From NCBI GenBank assembly GCA_030751095.1, contig JASMGX010000004.1, forward strand, positions 1-47,671: a stretch of DNA of 47,671 nucleotides, written 5' to 3'. Made by a program: the position numbers and the translations under genes. Of this stretch, positions 46,941-47,671 are shown one piece after another (position 1 is the first letter of the stretch; each line of letters begins with the position of its first letter). This stretch comes from Pirellulales bacterium. GTDB taxonomy: Bacteria; Planctomycetota; Planctomycetia; Pirellulales; UBA7805. A model generated the notes under the pieces. The model was not told the origin of the DNA. It did not search any database and saw only the letters and a program-made list of their open reading frames with translations.

Positions 46941-47671
46941 GGCTCGTCAATTCATCTTCTTTTGCCGGTGTTTCCTCTACCAAACGACCAATGATATCGT
47001 CCTGCGAAACGCCTTCGCTCTCAGCGGTAAAATTCACCACCAAGCGGTGGCGCAACACGGGCTTGGCTAATGCCTGAATATCGTCCGTCGCAACATGGGT
47101 GCGACCGTGCATCAAAGCACGGGCCTTACCACCCAGAATTAAGTATTGAACAGCCCGGGGGCCGGCACCCCAACTGACTTGATCCGCGACAAACTCCGGC
47201 ACACCGACTTCTCCCACACGCGTTTGCCGTACGAGTGACAAAGCGTAGCGCACCACATGATCCGAAACTGGTACCTGACGGACCAGTTTCTGCAACTCGA
47301 GAATTTCGGCAGCAGAGAGGGCGGGCACGATCTGGTCCTCCAGCACGGAAGTCGTCCGACGGGCAATCTCGAATTCCTCGTCAAAATTCGGGTACTGCAC
47401 AAACACCTTAAACATGAATCGATCTTGCTGTGCCTCCGGAAGCGGATAGGTCCCTTCCTGCTCAATCGGATTTTGTGTCGCAAGGACAAAAAACGGATCG
47501 GACAGCTTATGCTGTACCCGTCCGATCGATACCTGTCGCTCCTGCATTGCCTCCAAAAGTGCCGCCTGGGTCTTTGGCGGGGTACGGTTGATTTCATCGG
47601 CCAGAACCACATGAGAAAACAGCGGGCCTTCCATGAATCGAACCTCACGAGCACCGGTACTCTTATTTTCT
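46909..47671 (-). CDS. MoxR-family AAA+ ATPase (5' end lies outside the window)
   Basis: The frame is open to the right edge (…[18 protein letters not shown]…). The Walker B/sensor region is [31 protein letters not shown]...[28 protein letters not shown]. Confidence 0.93.
   Translation of the reverse strand, partial: ENKSTGAREVRFMEGPLFSHVVLADEINRTPPKTQAALLEAMQERQVSIGRVQHKLSDPFFVLATQNPIEQEGTYPLPEAQQDRFMFKVFVQYPNFDEEFEIARRTTSVLEDQIVPALSAAEILELQKLVRQVPVSDHVVRYALSLVRQTRVGEVGVPEFVADQVSWGAGPRAVQYLILGGKARALMHGRTHVATDDIQALAKPVLRHRLVVNFTAESEGVSQDDIIGRLVEETPAKEDELTSHARFQEIFAS

Overview
This is a chromosomal window whose gene content looks typical of a Planctomycetota genome. That assignment is an inference from motif recognition of DUF1570-like, NPCBM-like, prenyltransferase-repeat, HTH-EIIA(Ntr), PEP-CTERM and multi-vWA/MoxR genes; no database search was possible. 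I can support about 44 protein-coding genes or gene remnants, one initiator tRNA-Met, three tandem-repeat arrays and one strong inverted repeat. I saw no CRISPR array, rRNA, transposase or integrase. The layout has four parts. (i) 1-5.5 kb is an accessory-looking patch: decayed RCC1/PEP-CTERM remnants, MORN-variant and pentapeptide-repeat proteins, a non-coding 17-bp x5 repeat, an intact PEP-CTERM protein, amt with a coupled micro-ORF, and a damaged EF-hand/amidohydrolase pair. (ii) 5.8-25.1 kb is mostly housekeeping: HtrA-like protease, thiL-tsaE, murG, murE, HTH-EIIA(Ntr) plus a receiver-like protein, rimO-pgsA, CPBP protease, Gfo/Idh/MocA oxidoreductase, lipid-A-type acyltransferase, Rieske protein, ispG, trmL and a prenyltransferase-repeat protein. 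(iii) 25.4-30.4 kb holds tRNA-fMet, a Cu-type P1B ATPase, several small His-rich or glycine-zipper membrane proteins, and a DUF4396-like protein with a His-rich hexapeptide repeat. (iv) 30.6-47.7 kb is an uninterrupted 11-gene minus-strand array. In transcription order it reads: MoxR ATPase, DUF58, BatA/vWA, vWA membrane protein, DUF4175-like protein, (GKES)17 coiled-coil protein, lipoprotein, NPCBM-like protein, one intact HtrA protease, then two HtrA paralogues in which all three catalytic-triad residues are replaced. Block (iv), and especially the NPCBM/HtrA/pseudo-HtrA module, is my best candidate for an uncharacterised system. All family calls rest on motifs read by eye, and start codons are often ambiguous because TTG/GTG alternatives exist.
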